Assembly (NCBI GenBank): GCA_044356325.1
Contig: JBIKWJ010000003.1
Coordinates: 36,749-100,748, forward strand
Length of the DNA stretch: 64,000 bases
Direction: 5' to 3'
From: Minisyncoccia bacterium
Lineage (GTDB): Bacteria; Patescibacteriota; Minisyncoccia; SW-4-49-11
A model generated the notes under the pieces. It saw only the letters and a program-made list of their open reading frames with translations. It did not search any database and had not been told where the DNA came from. Below are positions 9,097-18,927 of the stretch, one piece after another (positions within the stretch are counted from its first letter, which is position 1; each line of letters starts with the position of its first letter). Position numbers and translations under genes: made by a program.

Positions 9097-10054
9097 ATGT
9101 AATATTAATTATATATATAGTTCGTGACTGTATATAGTTCTTTACTGGCTGCTTCCAAGGCCCTGGGATAAATCTTCCTGCAACACCAAAAACTAAACCA
9201 CTTGAACATCCATCAACAGCTCCCAGAAGTCTATCCCTCCAGCTCCAGTTTCGATCCTTTCCTACTAAAGTCCTTGCTCCCACTTTCAGTCCTTCCCATC
9301 CAAGATCAGTTATAGCTCCAGAAACACAAGATGTCGCTGCCCACACAGCAAATCCTACAAATGCAGCTGGAATAAACACAGGATCTGCCACCACAGGGTA
9401 AACAATACCAGGGACATTATGCTCTACATATTGTATGAGAGTAAGTCCATCAGTACTAAACCACGTTTTTACTTCTTTTCCCGTTGCATCTTTTGCCCAG
9501 GGTTTGGATATTATAGATATAGCGGTATTGCTATTATTATATAGTACCGCACTCCCATCAGATTGCAACTCTATTTTTCCACCTGTTGGCAAATCTACCT
9601 TATACTCATATTCAGTAGGAGCATCAGGATTATCTATGATAGTTGTCATTCTTACCGATCCATCATTATTAGCTTGTACGGTATTGCTAAAATCTGATTC
9701 ACTAGCATAGGCTACTACTCCTTTTGCTATAACTTTTCCTTCTTTTGCTCCTTCTAATTCGGGTAATGTAATATTAATGGATGTATTTCCTGCTTTTACA
9801 TTTACTGGTTCATCGGCATCCTTTGGTATATCTATTGTACTGTTATTTATCTTGACTATTCCTGCAGAATCTTGATCTGATTTGAGATTAACTTGTGATG
9901 ATTCTGATAGTAATCCATCTATTCCTTCTAATGATTGCTTGATTTCAATTGTCTCTGTATCTATTGCTTGAGCTGTCAATATTGGAGACACCTGTAATCC
10001 CAATATTGCTATAATTGTCAGATTTATAATTTGAGTTTGTAGTTTCATAAACAT
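9086..10054 (-). CDS. Secreted protein with a conserved N-terminal domain and a variable Trp/Gly/Cys-rich C-terminus, copy B
   Basis: Signal peptide. Shares the N-terminal domain with 6707..7624 through ...YPVVADPV, followed by a different 100-aa G/W-rich Cys-containing tail. Confidence 0.6.
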   Translation of the reverse strand: MFMKLQTQIINLTIIAILGLQVSPILTAQAIDTETIEIKQSLEGIDGLLSESSQVNLKSDQDSAGIVKINNSTIDIPKDADEPVNVKAGNTSINITLPELEGAKEGKVIAKGVVAYASESDFSNTVQANNDGSVRMTTIIDNPDAPTEYEYKVDLPTGGKIELQSDGSAVLYNNSNTAISIISKPWAKDATGKEVKTWFSTDGLTLIQYVEHNVPGIVYPVVADPVFIPAAFVGFAVWAATSCVSGAITDLGWEGLKVGARTLVGKDRNWSWRDRLLGAVDGCSSGLVFGVAGRFIPGPWKQPVKNYIQSRTIYIINITYGR

Positions 10055-10101
10055 TTACTTTATATATGAATTCTAGATTTTTTGTTAAATATTGTCAAGT
10101 T

Positions 10102-10872
10102 TTAACTCCTCAATCCAACACCTCGGCGGAGTAGCATTAAATCTGTAATAGAGAGCACAAGGACGAGCATTACGAGAATAGTGACAGATATCCCAATATT
10201 GACATCAGATATTCCAAAAAATCCATATCTAAAACCATTTACCATATAGAGAATTGGATTAAATCGTGAGACATTTTGCCAGAATTCTGGGAGAGCATTA
10301 ACAGAATAGAATACTCCTCCAAGATATGTAAGTGGAGTTAATACAAAGGTTGGGACAATGGCGGTATGGTCAAATTTCTTGGCAAAGACGGCATTCATAA
10401 GGCCTCCTAATGAGAATACTGTAGCAGTGAGTATAGAGAATAATAATACTGCCCAGATATTAAGTAGAGTTAATTTGGTAAATAGTAAAGCAATTAATAA
10501 TACCAATAATCCTACTCCGAGACCCCGTACAATTCCCCCTATAGTATATCCCCAAACTATTACCCAATTAGGGGTTGGAGAAACAAGTAATTCTTCTATG
10601 CTTTTGCCAAATTTAGCTCCAAAGAATGAGCCCACAACATTCATAAAAGCATTGGTAATAATCGCCATCATGACGAGTCCCGGCACAATGAATTGCATAT
10701 AACTCACTCCCTCAATATCCCGAATTTGGGAACCAACAAATGATCCAAAAATAAGAAAATAAAGACTGGTGGTAATTACAGAAGGTAATAATGTTTGTGG
10801 CCAAATTCGAAAAATTCGAATCATTTCTTTATTAATAATAGTATATAATGGTATCCAAATAGGTGCTTTCAT
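10102..10872 (-). CDS. ABC-2 type transporter permease
   Basis: 256 aa with six TM helices, immediately downstream of and co-oriented with the ABC ATPase. Confidence 0.7.
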   Translation of the reverse strand: MKAPIWIPLYTIINKEMIRIFRIWPQTLLPSVITTSLYFLIFGSFVGSQIRDIEGVSYMQFIVPGLVMMAIITNAFMNVVGSFFGAKFGKSIEELLVSPTPNWVIVWGYTIGGIVRGLGVGLLVLLIALLFTKLTLLNIWAVLLFSILTATVFSLGGLMNAVFAKKFDHTAIVPTFVLTPLTYLGGVFYSVNALPEFWQNVSRFNPILYMVNGFRYGFFGISDVNIGISVTILVMLVLVLSITDLMLLRRGVGLRS

Positions 10873-10873
10873 A

Positions 10874-11779
10874 TTATTGATTTACTTTATTGATGAACAC
10901 TTCCTCGAGTCTATTGCTCTTATTGCGTATTCCCATCACTTGAATATTATGCTGATGTAAATCTTGGGTAATAACATATAAATCCTCCCCTTTCAGTAAA
11001 TCGGTCTCAATGGTATCACCATCAGTGATTCGATATCGCTCAGGAAGACCTTTAGCCTCTCCCACAATATCTAATATGAGGGTATCCTTGGTAAGCTCAG
11101 ATAATAATTCTTTGACTGTACCTATTTCAAGAATATTCCCTTTATTAATAATTCCTACTCTATCACATAAATTCTCTGCCTCCTCGAGATAATGGGTGGT
11201 AAGTATAATAGTCACCCCTTCATTATGAAGTTCCCGTACGAATTCCCACATCTCACGCCGAAGGTCAACATCCACTCCTGCTGATGGCTCATCGAGTATC
11301 AGGATTTCCGGCTTATGAATCAAAGCTCGGGCTATCATAAGTCTTCGCTTCATACCTCCAGATAATTGCATAGCAACAGTATCTTTTTTGTCCCAGAGTC
11401 CAAGTCTCTTGAGTAATTCTTCAGAATATTCACGAGCCTGGGCTACTGGTACACCATAATATCCTCCCTGTTGTACTACAATATCCTGAACTTTTTCAAA
11501 CCAATTAAAATTAAATTCTTGTGGCACTACTCCAAGATATGTTTTAGCCTCAGATGGGAATTTAGCAAAATCTATACCATTAATGATAATTTCCCCCTTA
11601 GTTTTATTAGCAAGTGTAGTCAGTACATTAATTAATGTTGACTTCCCCGCTCCATTGGGTCCGAGCAACCCGAATATCTCTCCTTTATATATAGTTAAAT
11701 CAACTCCATTGAGAGCTTTAACCTTACCATCGCTATATGTCTTATATAACCCCTTTATATCTAATGCGATATCTGTCAT
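10874..11779 (-). CDS. ABC transporter ATP-binding protein
   Basis: Walker A GPNGAGKST, signature LSGGMKRRL and Walker B ILILDEP. Confidence 0.85.
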   Translation of the reverse strand: MTDIALDIKGLYKTYSDGKVKALNGVDLTIYKGEIFGLLGPNGAGKSTLINVLTTLANKTKGEIIINGIDFAKFPSEAKTYLGVVPQEFNFNWFEKVQDIVVQQGGYYGVPVAQAREYSEELLKRLGLWDKKDTVAMQLSGGMKRRLMIARALIHKPEILILDEPSAGVDVDLRREMWEFVRELHNEGVTIILTTHYLEEAENLCDRVGIINKGNILEIGTVKELLSELTKDTLILDIVGEAKGLPERYRITDGDTIETDLLKGEDLYVITQDLHQHNIQVMGIRNKSNRLEEVFINKVNQ

Positions 11780-11782
11780 ATA

Positions 11783-12685
11783 TTATACTTTATCTGAATA
11801 CTTTTTGAATATTGCAATCACTCCAATCCCAATCAATATACTTATACCAATTCCAAGTATGTATTCTGAATCCCATGGAGTTTGTAATATATAACTTTTA
11901 TCATTTACCTCCAAAAATGGCCACATTGCCCGTAATGATGCCAAGAGAATTCCCGTAATAATAGCCATAATAATACTATGATAAAAAGCTAGGGCTTTTT
12001 TGATTAAATTAATGAAGAGTAAAAACCCCACTCCAAGTCCACTAAAAAACACAATCAGTGGTAAAAGAGCCGTAAAATCTAATCCCACAATATCCCCCAC
12101 TAAACCAAGAATATACTGATATAATCCCATTGCAACCAAAACAGTAGAACCTCCTGATCCGAGTAACATAGACGCCACTCCTAATACTCCCCCAATAAAA
12201 ATATATCCATAAGATGGGCTCGCAACAAGCTCAGTAGGAGTCAATGAGAATACTCCAAAGAAAACAATACTAGATACGATAAAAAGAATATAATGTAATG
12301 ATTCTTTTTTATGAATACTTGTCCATGGCACTGAGATAGATGCTAAAATAAGCCCAAAGAAAAACCCATATACATATTGAGGTGCAATATCTAATAATGT
12401 ATGCAAAAGCTGAGACAGTCCAATTACCGCAATCAAGGTTCCAATACATAATGAAATCCCAAAACCCCAAGGAATAGCCTGAGCCACCGCCTTAACTTCA
12501 GACCATTTGCCACGACGCAATATGATGACAGCAAATCCTGTTTTAATCAACTGAGAAATCTGAAAGAGAATATCAATGAATTTTTCATATATTCCCAAGA
12601 CTAAGGCCAATGTTGCTGCATTAAGACCAGGAATAAGCTCTGCTACCCCCATCGCGACCCCCTGTAATACGGTAATTAAATTCAT
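11783..12685 (-). CDS. DUF368-family membrane protein
   Basis: N-terminal ELIPGLNAATLALVLGIYEKFI matches the DUF368 (COG2035) signature. Polytopic. Confidence 0.55.
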   Translation of the reverse strand: MNLITVLQGVAMGVAELIPGLNAATLALVLGIYEKFIDILFQISQLIKTGFAVIILRRGKWSEVKAVAQAIPWGFGISLCIGTLIAVIGLSQLLHTLLDIAPQYVYGFFFGLILASISVPWTSIHKKESLHYILFIVSSIVFFGVFSLTPTELVASPSYGYIFIGGVLGVASMLLGSGGSTVLVAMGLYQYILGLVGDIVGLDFTALLPLIVFFSGLGVGFLLFINLIKKALAFYHSIIMAIITGILLASLRAMWPFLEVNDKSYILQTPWDSEYILGIGISILIGIGVIAIFKKYSDKV

Positions 12686-12772
12686 ATACTTTTATACTAA
12701 AATATTAGACCTATTATAGCATAAAGTACGAGACAATGATATAATAAATATAATTGTCAGTAAAAATATGTT

Positions 12773-14056
12773 ATGGTGAAAGCCTTTATAAAAAAACAAT
12801 ATCATAGCCCTCTATTCCGTGGAGGTATGATTGTATTTATGGGATCATTTGGAGTGGGAGCTCTCAATTATATATTCAATATTATTGTCGCTCGCATACT
12901 CGACAAAGAGCAACTTGGTACTTTTGCAAGTTTATTCTCCCTACTCACTATCATCATCGTATTAGGAGGTGCTTTGAGTTTAGTTGTAATCAAATTCTCC
13001 TCGGTACTCTATGCCAAAAAAGATTATCCTGCTCTTGCTTCTTTTATACGAGCTTTATCCTATTATCTTGGACTTATATCCCTAGGGCTTATTATTCTAT
13101 TTGGTATTGCGAGCCCCTTTATTTATCGATTTCTCCATCTTGAATCCTTTGGGCCACTTATCATACTCGCCTTGTCTCTCGAGCTATCTCTGATAGGGTC
13201 TATTGGAACCAGTGTATTACAAGGAACTCAAAGATTTGTCGAATTTTCTCTATCCAGCCTATTTGGAGTAATAGCAAAAATATCAGCTCTTATTATATTC
13301 ACCCTACCTTTTTGGCCTATGTCACCCGTGACTGGAGCAATGCTCGCAGTGCCAATAGCAAGCATATTAGTGCTAGCCCTATCCCTTTATTTTCTCCGAG
13401 ATATTTTAAAGGCATACAATCCAGAAGCACCCCAATTACCCCATTTCAAATGGAAGGATATTATAATTTATACCATACCCACTACCGCTGCTGTATTAGG
13501 AATAACTCTCCTCAATTCTGTTGATATAATACTTGCCAAACATTATCTGATAGATGAGACCTCTGGAGATTATGCAGGACTTGCCACATTAGGTAAAATA
13601 ATATTCTTTGCTACTTCCGCCATTCCTGTTGCTATGTTCCCAATAGTATCCGCCCGCCATGCCGTCAATGAACCTCATCACAAAATGCTGTATGCCTCAC
13701 TCGCCTCTGTGGGATTAATGAGCTTTATTGCTTTTATATTTTATCAGTATTTCCCCGAGCTTATAGTCAACACCCTATTAGGAGAAAAATTCCTCCCTAT
13801 AGTACCCCTGCTTGGGACATTCGCCCTCATTATGGGAATGTATTCTCTTATCAATGTACTCGTCAATTACAATCTCTCTATTCAAAAATATAGTCTCAGT
13901 ATATTCCCTATTATAGGAAGTATAACTATGGCCATTGCTATTGTATATAATAATTCCTCCCTGGAGAGTATTGTGAATGCCGTATTCTGGAATATGACAG
14001 GACTATTTGTAATAATGTCATTGGTAAGTATATATCAAAATCGTAAAGGTGCTTGA
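12773..14056 (+). CDS. Polysaccharide / oligosaccharide flippase (Wzx/MOP superfamily)
   Basis: 427 aa with about 14 TM helices. Architecture typical of polysaccharide biosynthesis flippases. Confidence 0.6.
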   Translation: MVKAFIKKQYHSPLFRGGMIVFMGSFGVGALNYIFNIIVARILDKEQLGTFASLFSLLTIIIVLGGALSLVVIKFSSVLYAKKDYPALASFIRALSYYLGLISLGLIILFGIASPFIYRFLHLESFGPLIILALSLELSLIGSIGTSVLQGTQRFVEFSLSSLFGVIAKISALIIFTLPFWPMSPVTGAMLAVPIASILVLALSLYFLRDILKAYNPEAPQLPHFKWKDIIIYTIPTTAAVLGITLLNSVDIILAKHYLIDETSGDYAGLATLGKIIFFATSAIPVAMFPIVSARHAVNEPHHKMLYASLASVGLMSFIAFIFYQYFPELIVNTLLGEKFLPIVPLLGTFALIMGMYSLINVLVNYNLSIQKYSLSIFPIIGSITMAIAIVYNNSSLESIVNAVFWNMTGLFVIMSLVSIYQNRKGA

Positions 14057-14148
14057 TATATTTGTATTTAATATTATCATTTTCAGGGGATATTTTTCAT
14101 TCCACAACTCAAATATGATATACTATAATAGTACCTTGTCAAAAAATA

Positions 14149-14712
14149 ATGATTAATATGCAGGGTTTGTTTGAAATGTTTCGTAAGACTGATATCAATT
14201 TTAGTTTATGGGGAAGAGGAGAGGGCGCTCCAACCTTAACCCATCTTCTTGATGAAATCAATAGAGGCGAATGTAATCTTACATCTCAAGGTGGGCAAAT
14301 TATCCGTAATATTGCTATTGTTAATACCGCCATATTCTTCTTTGAGAGCAGGCAACTATTTCTTCAAAGCTCACAACAAAACTTATATTCATTTAGTAAT
14401 ATTAATATCACCTCAGATGCTTCTACCTCAATTAGAGTCAACTCTGGTGTACTTCCTTGTGAAGCTACTCAAAAGTTCCTTAACACAGATCCATTTAACA
14501 TTAATTTAACACCTGAGCAGTTAATATCAAGACATCGAACTTATCAATTCATTCCTTCGGTCGAATATCCAGGGATTAGGGATAGAATAATAGTCCATAG
14601 ATTTGAATGCTATCTCAACCCAAAGCAATATCGTCCCGATGGACATCTCCATATTACATCTCAGAGTGTTTCTCAATATCATTGGGTACCTATCCCCTCT
14701 CAGCCAGTTTAG
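14149..14712 (+). CDS. Hypothetical protein
   Basis: 187-aa ORF followed by its own terminator. Confidence 0.4.
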   Translation: MINMQGLFEMFRKTDINFSLWGRGEGAPTLTHLLDEINRGECNLTSQGGQIIRNIAIVNTAIFFFESRQLFLQSSQQNLYSFSNINITSDASTSIRVNSGVLPCEATQKFLNTDPFNINLTPEQLISRHRTYQFIPSVEYPGIRDRIIVHRFECYLNPKQYRPDGHLHITSQSVSQYHWVPIPSQPV

Positions 14713-14733
14713 CGACTGGCTTTTTTCTTTTTT
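14702..14733 (+). terminator. Rho-independent terminator
   Basis: AGCCAGT-ttagcg-ACTGGCT hairpin plus TTTTTTCTTTTTT. Confidence 0.6.
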
Positions 14734-14770
14734 ATATATATACTCCCTTATGTTATACTAAAGATAGTTA

Positions 14771-15514
14771 TTGAACCTTACCATGATCTATCCTGCCCCG
14801 AAAACTTTTTCCCTGATTATTCTTGATATGGATAAAATTTATCGGAGAACTAATCTTAAGCAATTTTTACAGAGCCTACCCGCCCAATATTGCATTCTAC
14901 TCAATGCCACTCATCGAGATATCGAGAGTATTAACAATATATATAGAGTGGCTACACATTTCATTCACCGACCCCGTTCCTGCGTAGTATTGTCTTATAA
15001 AGAAAAGTTACAATATGCAGTTCATCCTCCTCATGTAAATTGGGATAATATTGATAATAATCCCTGCCTGCATATACAAATTCAAGGTGTGAATTTGTTA
15101 CTTGCATATCTTGATCTCCATAGCTCGAGGAAAAGAAGAAAGCTTTTAGAGAATCTTGAGACAGGACATTTCAAGGATTATAAGGGAAAAGAATTAGATA
15201 TACATCTCCTAATCACCTATCTTGATACAAAGATCGCAATAGAGCCAGATATACTTACAACTAGGTATCGTTGGCAATATGTAGAGGCAGATAATAATCA
15301 GGATTCATTTATGGTCTCATCCTTTCATATCCTAGCTAATGTTGAAATAACAGATATACAATACCCTGAAACTGTCGATATATTAGAAGATGAGCAGCTC
15401 CGCATACCACCCTCAGCAGGATATATAGCCTATATCCCCTGTCTTCCGGGATGGAAAATAGATCATCTAAATATTTGCTCGCAGCTCGATCATTTTCCTA
15501 ATACCGTGTCTTAG
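14771..15514 (+). CDS. Hypothetical protein
   Basis: 247-aa ORF followed by a strong terminator. Confidence 0.4.
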   Translation: MNLTMIYPAPKTFSLIILDMDKIYRRTNLKQFLQSLPAQYCILLNATHRDIESINNIYRVATHFIHRPRSCVVLSYKEKLQYAVHPPHVNWDNIDNNPCLHIQIQGVNLLLAYLDLHSSRKRRKLLENLETGHFKDYKGKELDIHLLITYLDTKIAIEPDILTTRYRWQYVEADNNQDSFMVSSFHILANVEITDIQYPETVDILEDEQLRIPPSAGYIAYIPCLPGWKIDHLNICSQLDHFPNTVS

Positions 15515-15548
15515 CCACTCCCCCTACGGAGTGGCTTTTTTCTTTTTT
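15513..15548. terminator. Bidirectional rho-independent terminator
   Basis: AGCCACTCC-ccctac-GGAGTGGCT hairpin plus TTTTTTCTTTTTT. Sits between convergent genes. Confidence 0.7.
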
Positions 15549-16276
15549 AACTTCTTAGCTTGCTTCTGATAATATCTCAGAATTCTAAGACGATAAAATA
15601 TTCCCAATGTATCCACTAGAGTATCTCGGGTAGCTTTATATGTCACTCCACTTGCAGTTAAGTTGAGATATAATCTTACTGGCACTTCCAAAATAGCATA
15701 TTTATAATAGCGAGCTAAAACCAACATCTCTATATCAAAAGCATAACGCTTTACCACCATCTGATCCATAATAAAGGTAATTTTTTCCCGCTCAAAACCC
15801 TTGAGACCAACCTGCGTATCGCTAACCCCCAACCCAAATAATACAAAAGTAGTAAGTTGAGCACCCGCACTAATTACGCGTCGGAAAAAAGGATATTGAA
15901 TCACCGAACCTCTAGCCCGTTTTGACCCAATTACCACAGGCGCTTCGGTAATCTGTAGGGTTGCAATCACCAGAGAAATATTCTCAACCGGAAAATCAAG
16001 CCCCGCATCATAGAATACAACATATTTCCCCTTTGCAAATTGTAATCCGTATTTGAGAGCCCAACCCTTACCTTGATTTGGAGTAGAGAGATTAACAGAG
16101 GTCAACTCAGAGTCATAAGGATAGGCTGCATCAAAAGTCTCCTGACATCCATCAATTGCAATAATAATTTCTATATTTTCTGGCTGTTTGATAGCATAAG
16201 CCTCGAGAGCTAGAATTGTTTTGGCGATATTCTCCTTCTCTTTATAAGCCGGTACAACAATACTAATATCAACCAT
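15524..16276 (-). CDS. GT2-family glycosyltransferase (polyprenyl-phosphate sugar synthase, DPM1-like)
   Basis: N-terminal ISIVVPAYKE..IAIDG GT-A motifs and 250-aa size. Confidence 0.7.
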   Translation of the reverse strand: MVDISIVVPAYKEKENIAKTILALEAYAIKQPENIEIIIAIDGCQETFDAAYPYDSELTSVNLSTPNQGKGWALKYGLQFAKGKYVVFYDAGLDFPVENISLVIATLQITEAPVVIGSKRARGSVIQYPFFRRVISAGAQLTTFVLFGLGVSDTQVGLKGFEREKITFIMDQMVVKRYAFDIEMLVLARYYKYAILEVPVRLYLNLTASGVTYKATRDTLVDTLGIFYRLRILRYYQKQAKKLKKKKATP

Positions 16277-16556
16277 ATATTATGATAAATTCTTACTCCT
16301 ATTGTATCATAAAGATTATATTTTATGCAATTTGTGTACTTCTTCCTCCTAACTCCCAATAACACAATCAGCAATATCCCTAACCCAAAAAAATATTATA
16401 AAGATATATACCTTGTAACCATACACTTAATACATTCGCTCCTTTGATAATATTTCCGAATCCTGGAACAAATAAAGCAAAGATTCCAAGTATGAATATG
16501 CTAAAGGAAATAATTAATAAAATATTAAGGATTTGAGTTAATGATTTCATATAAGA

Positions 16557-16940
16557 TTAAATTTGATTATAATTCAGAATTTTTTTAATTAAAATTGTAT
16601 TCAACCCAATATATATTAATATAGATATCAATAATCCAACCATATTCCAATTTCCTCCTAAATACGAGAGCAGATACTTTATTTGTACAAAGCCATATGT
16701 CCAAGAAAGTATTATAGCTAAAGCTAATACACCTCCTTGTAGCTTGTTTTTTACACTAGTCACTAGTGTAAATATAATTTGGAATATATATATTCCAAGT
16801 GTAAATAGTTGTATTAATAGCATTATATTAATCTCATTAAATGCAAACTCATATCTATTAATGAGATATATAGAAATAATATTAATAGGCATCAGTATAG
16901 CTATTAATATTATATTAGTAATCAAATATTTTTTATTCAT
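16557..16940 (-). CDS. Small polytopic membrane protein
   Basis: 127 aa with four TM helices. Member of the six-gene array downstream of the lectin protein. Confidence 0.4.
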   Translation of the reverse strand: MNKKYLITNIILIAILMPINIISIYLINRYEFAFNEINIMLLIQLFTLGIYIFQIIFTLVTSVKNKLQGGVLALAIILSWTYGFVQIKYLLSYLGGNWNMVGLLISILIYIGLNTILIKKILNYNQI

Positions 16941-16947
16941 AATACAA

Positions 16948-17355
16948 TTATTTATTTCTTTGAGTATAGTAATTTAGCATTATAGTTATAAGAGCTAATA
17001 ATACCCATAATCCATACCACTTATTAGATAGTACAAGATCTGCTAATAGCCTAGAGTTTTCACTAAAATCCTTTACTATATATAAGCTAGCTGATATCAC
17101 AGTGATACTATTTAATATCCAATAATATCGATACCATTTACTTTTTTTATCACTAAATACCCCAAATAATGCTGGGATAAATACTAAAAGAATAATGTAT
17201 GGCAAAGATATAGTAAGAAGAAATCCAATATCTCCAATAGCACCCAATTTAAATTGAAATAAACTATTACCTGTAATATTACCAATTAATAATACCCCCG
17301 ACCCCAATGCCATAAGATAAATTAGTAGATATTTAGTAAAGAAGATTTTTTTCAT
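16948..17355 (-). CDS. Small polytopic membrane protein
   Basis: 135 aa with four TM helices. Overlaps the next gene by 4 nt. Confidence 0.4.
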   Translation of the reverse strand: MKKIFFTKYLLIYLMALGSGVLLIGNITGNSLFQFKLGAIGDIGFLLTISLPYIILLVFIPALFGVFSDKKSKWYRYYWILNSITVISASLYIVKDFSENSRLLADLVLSNKWYGLWVLLALITIMLNYYTQRNK

Positions 17356-17690
17356 ATTCTACTGCTTGCTACTTTATAAGCTATAATCCCATTAACCAAT
17401 ATATATAGTATAGTAACTATTACATTAGTCCAGATACCCAATCTTAGTGCTGGTAAATAAATACTCAAGATATAATATATAATTGCTAAGATTAGGCTCA
17501 AAAATACAAAATTCTTCCCCTCATATTGTTTTAGTAATATCACAATGAATTCTATGAAATAAATAATGAGTGTGAATATAAATATCTGCATTCCCCAAGC
17601 AATATTATCGAAAAGAGAAAAATACCAGACTACTAATACTCCTAAAGAGGTTATACTTAATATATTAAGTTGTATGATTAATTTATTCAT
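17352..17690 (-). CDS. Small polytopic membrane protein
   Basis: 112 aa with three to four TM helices. Confidence 0.4.
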   Translation of the reverse strand: MNKLIIQLNILSITSLGVLVVWYFSLFDNIAWGMQIFIFTLIIYFIEFIVILLKQYEGKNFVFLSLILAIIYYILSIYLPALRLGIWTNVIVTILYILVNGIIAYKVASSRI

Positions 17691-17733
17691 AAAAATTTTG
17701 GAATATTAAGTATTGCTCTTATTATATTACTAT

Positions 17734-17976
17734 TTATCTATTTTTAGAAATATATTTAAAAACATTGTCTATGAGATATACAATTATACCAACCAGCCCC
17801 AAAATGAGTAGTCCTCCCAAAATATACATATTAATACCAAATATATAATTAAACCAAGTAGCCTCCTCCCCAGCCTTGATATTTGAAAGATTAAATATCA
17901 TCCAAGCTAAACTTACTATAAATAGTATTCCTGAGAGACTACATATTATTACATATATTCCAATAATTTTTCTCAT
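17734..17976 (-). CDS. Small membrane protein
   Basis: 80 aa with two TM helices. Confidence 0.35.
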   Translation of the reverse strand: MRKIIGIYVIICSLSGILFIVSLAWMIFNLSNIKAGEEATWFNYIFGINMYILGGLLILGLVGIIVYLIDNVFKYISKNR

Positions 17977-17995
17977 ATAGAAGTAGCAAATGATC

Positions 17996-18457
17996 TTATT
18001 TTACTATCAAAAACAATCCTACAGTACCTACTATCTGCACTATATATAATAGTGTAAACTGTAATCGTGTTTTTGTACATTCACACAACAGAATACTCCC
18101 CAATCCAATGCTAAATATATAATATATTAATATTGCATTCCCATCATAACTCAAGAAAATAACCAAAACAAAAGCTAAAATCATACATAAGAACCCTATA
18201 CCTAAAGACTGATAAAATGATAAATAATATTGCCTTGGCAAAATACACTTACTTATCATTAATTGAGTATATAAGATCAACACACCCACCAACATATACA
18301 GTTCCGTAATATATTGCCAATCAATATAGGTGGAAATAAGAATACCCCCAATAAACCAAAGCCAAGTTAGCATTATCAAGATAATACCATTTCCAAACGC
18401 ATAAAGTATAGATTGTTTTATACCTGGATGAATTAAGATTGATTGATTAAGTTTCAT
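17996..18457 (-). CDS. Small polytopic membrane protein
   Basis: 153 aa with four to five TM helices. Confidence 0.4.
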   Translation of the reverse strand: MKLNQSILIHPGIKQSILYAFGNGIILIMLTWLWFIGGILISTYIDWQYITELYMLVGVLILYTQLMISKCILPRQYYLSFYQSLGIGFLCMILAFVLVIFLSYDGNAILIYYIFSIGLGSILLCECTKTRLQFTLLYIVQIVGTVGLFLIVK

Positions 18458-18465
18458 ATTGAAAC

Positions 18466-18906
18466 TTAATATAAAGTACTCCCTACAATCACCAAAGCTA
18501 AGGAGAGGTGGACAACAAATAGTATCATCACATACGTGTTGCTCTTAATAATGAGAGAAAATATTGATAGCGGAATTATTAATACAATGTAATAATATAA
18601 GGATGAGATAATAGGGCTGCTCTTTCCTAAGAGATACATTGTAATCACTACAATCTCTATGATTAATATAAGGTATAACGGAGACGAGACAATATTTTTT
18701 TTCATTCTTATTCTCTGCATCCATAGTAATAATCCAAATACTAGACCTAATATTCCTAAATAGATAATGGTAATATTAAAGTTGGGTTCTGTTATTTTAC
18801 CCCAAATGTTAGACTGTATTATAAAAGAACCTATTATTAATATTGTAATGATAATAATATTAATAATAGAAAGTCGTATTATAGAGAGTATAGATTGTTT
18901 CTTCAT
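18466..18906 (-). CDS. Small polytopic membrane protein
   Basis: 146 aa with four TM helices. Confidence 0.4.
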   Translation of the reverse strand: MKKQSILSIIRLSIINIIIITILIIGSFIIQSNIWGKITEPNFNITIIYLGILGLVFGLLLWMQRIRMKKNIVSSPLYLILIIEIVVITMYLLGKSSPIISSLYYYIVLIIPLSIFSLIIKSNTYVMILFVVHLSLALVIVGSTLY

Positions 18907-18927
18907 AAACTTATGTATAGATTAATA

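Noticed and set aside
16390-16550. Possible 56-aa two-TM minus-strand ORF (MKSLTQILNILL...) upstream of the six-gene membrane array
   Set aside because: Below a reasonable length threshold and in extremely AT-rich DNA where hydrophobic ORFs arise by chance. No further support.
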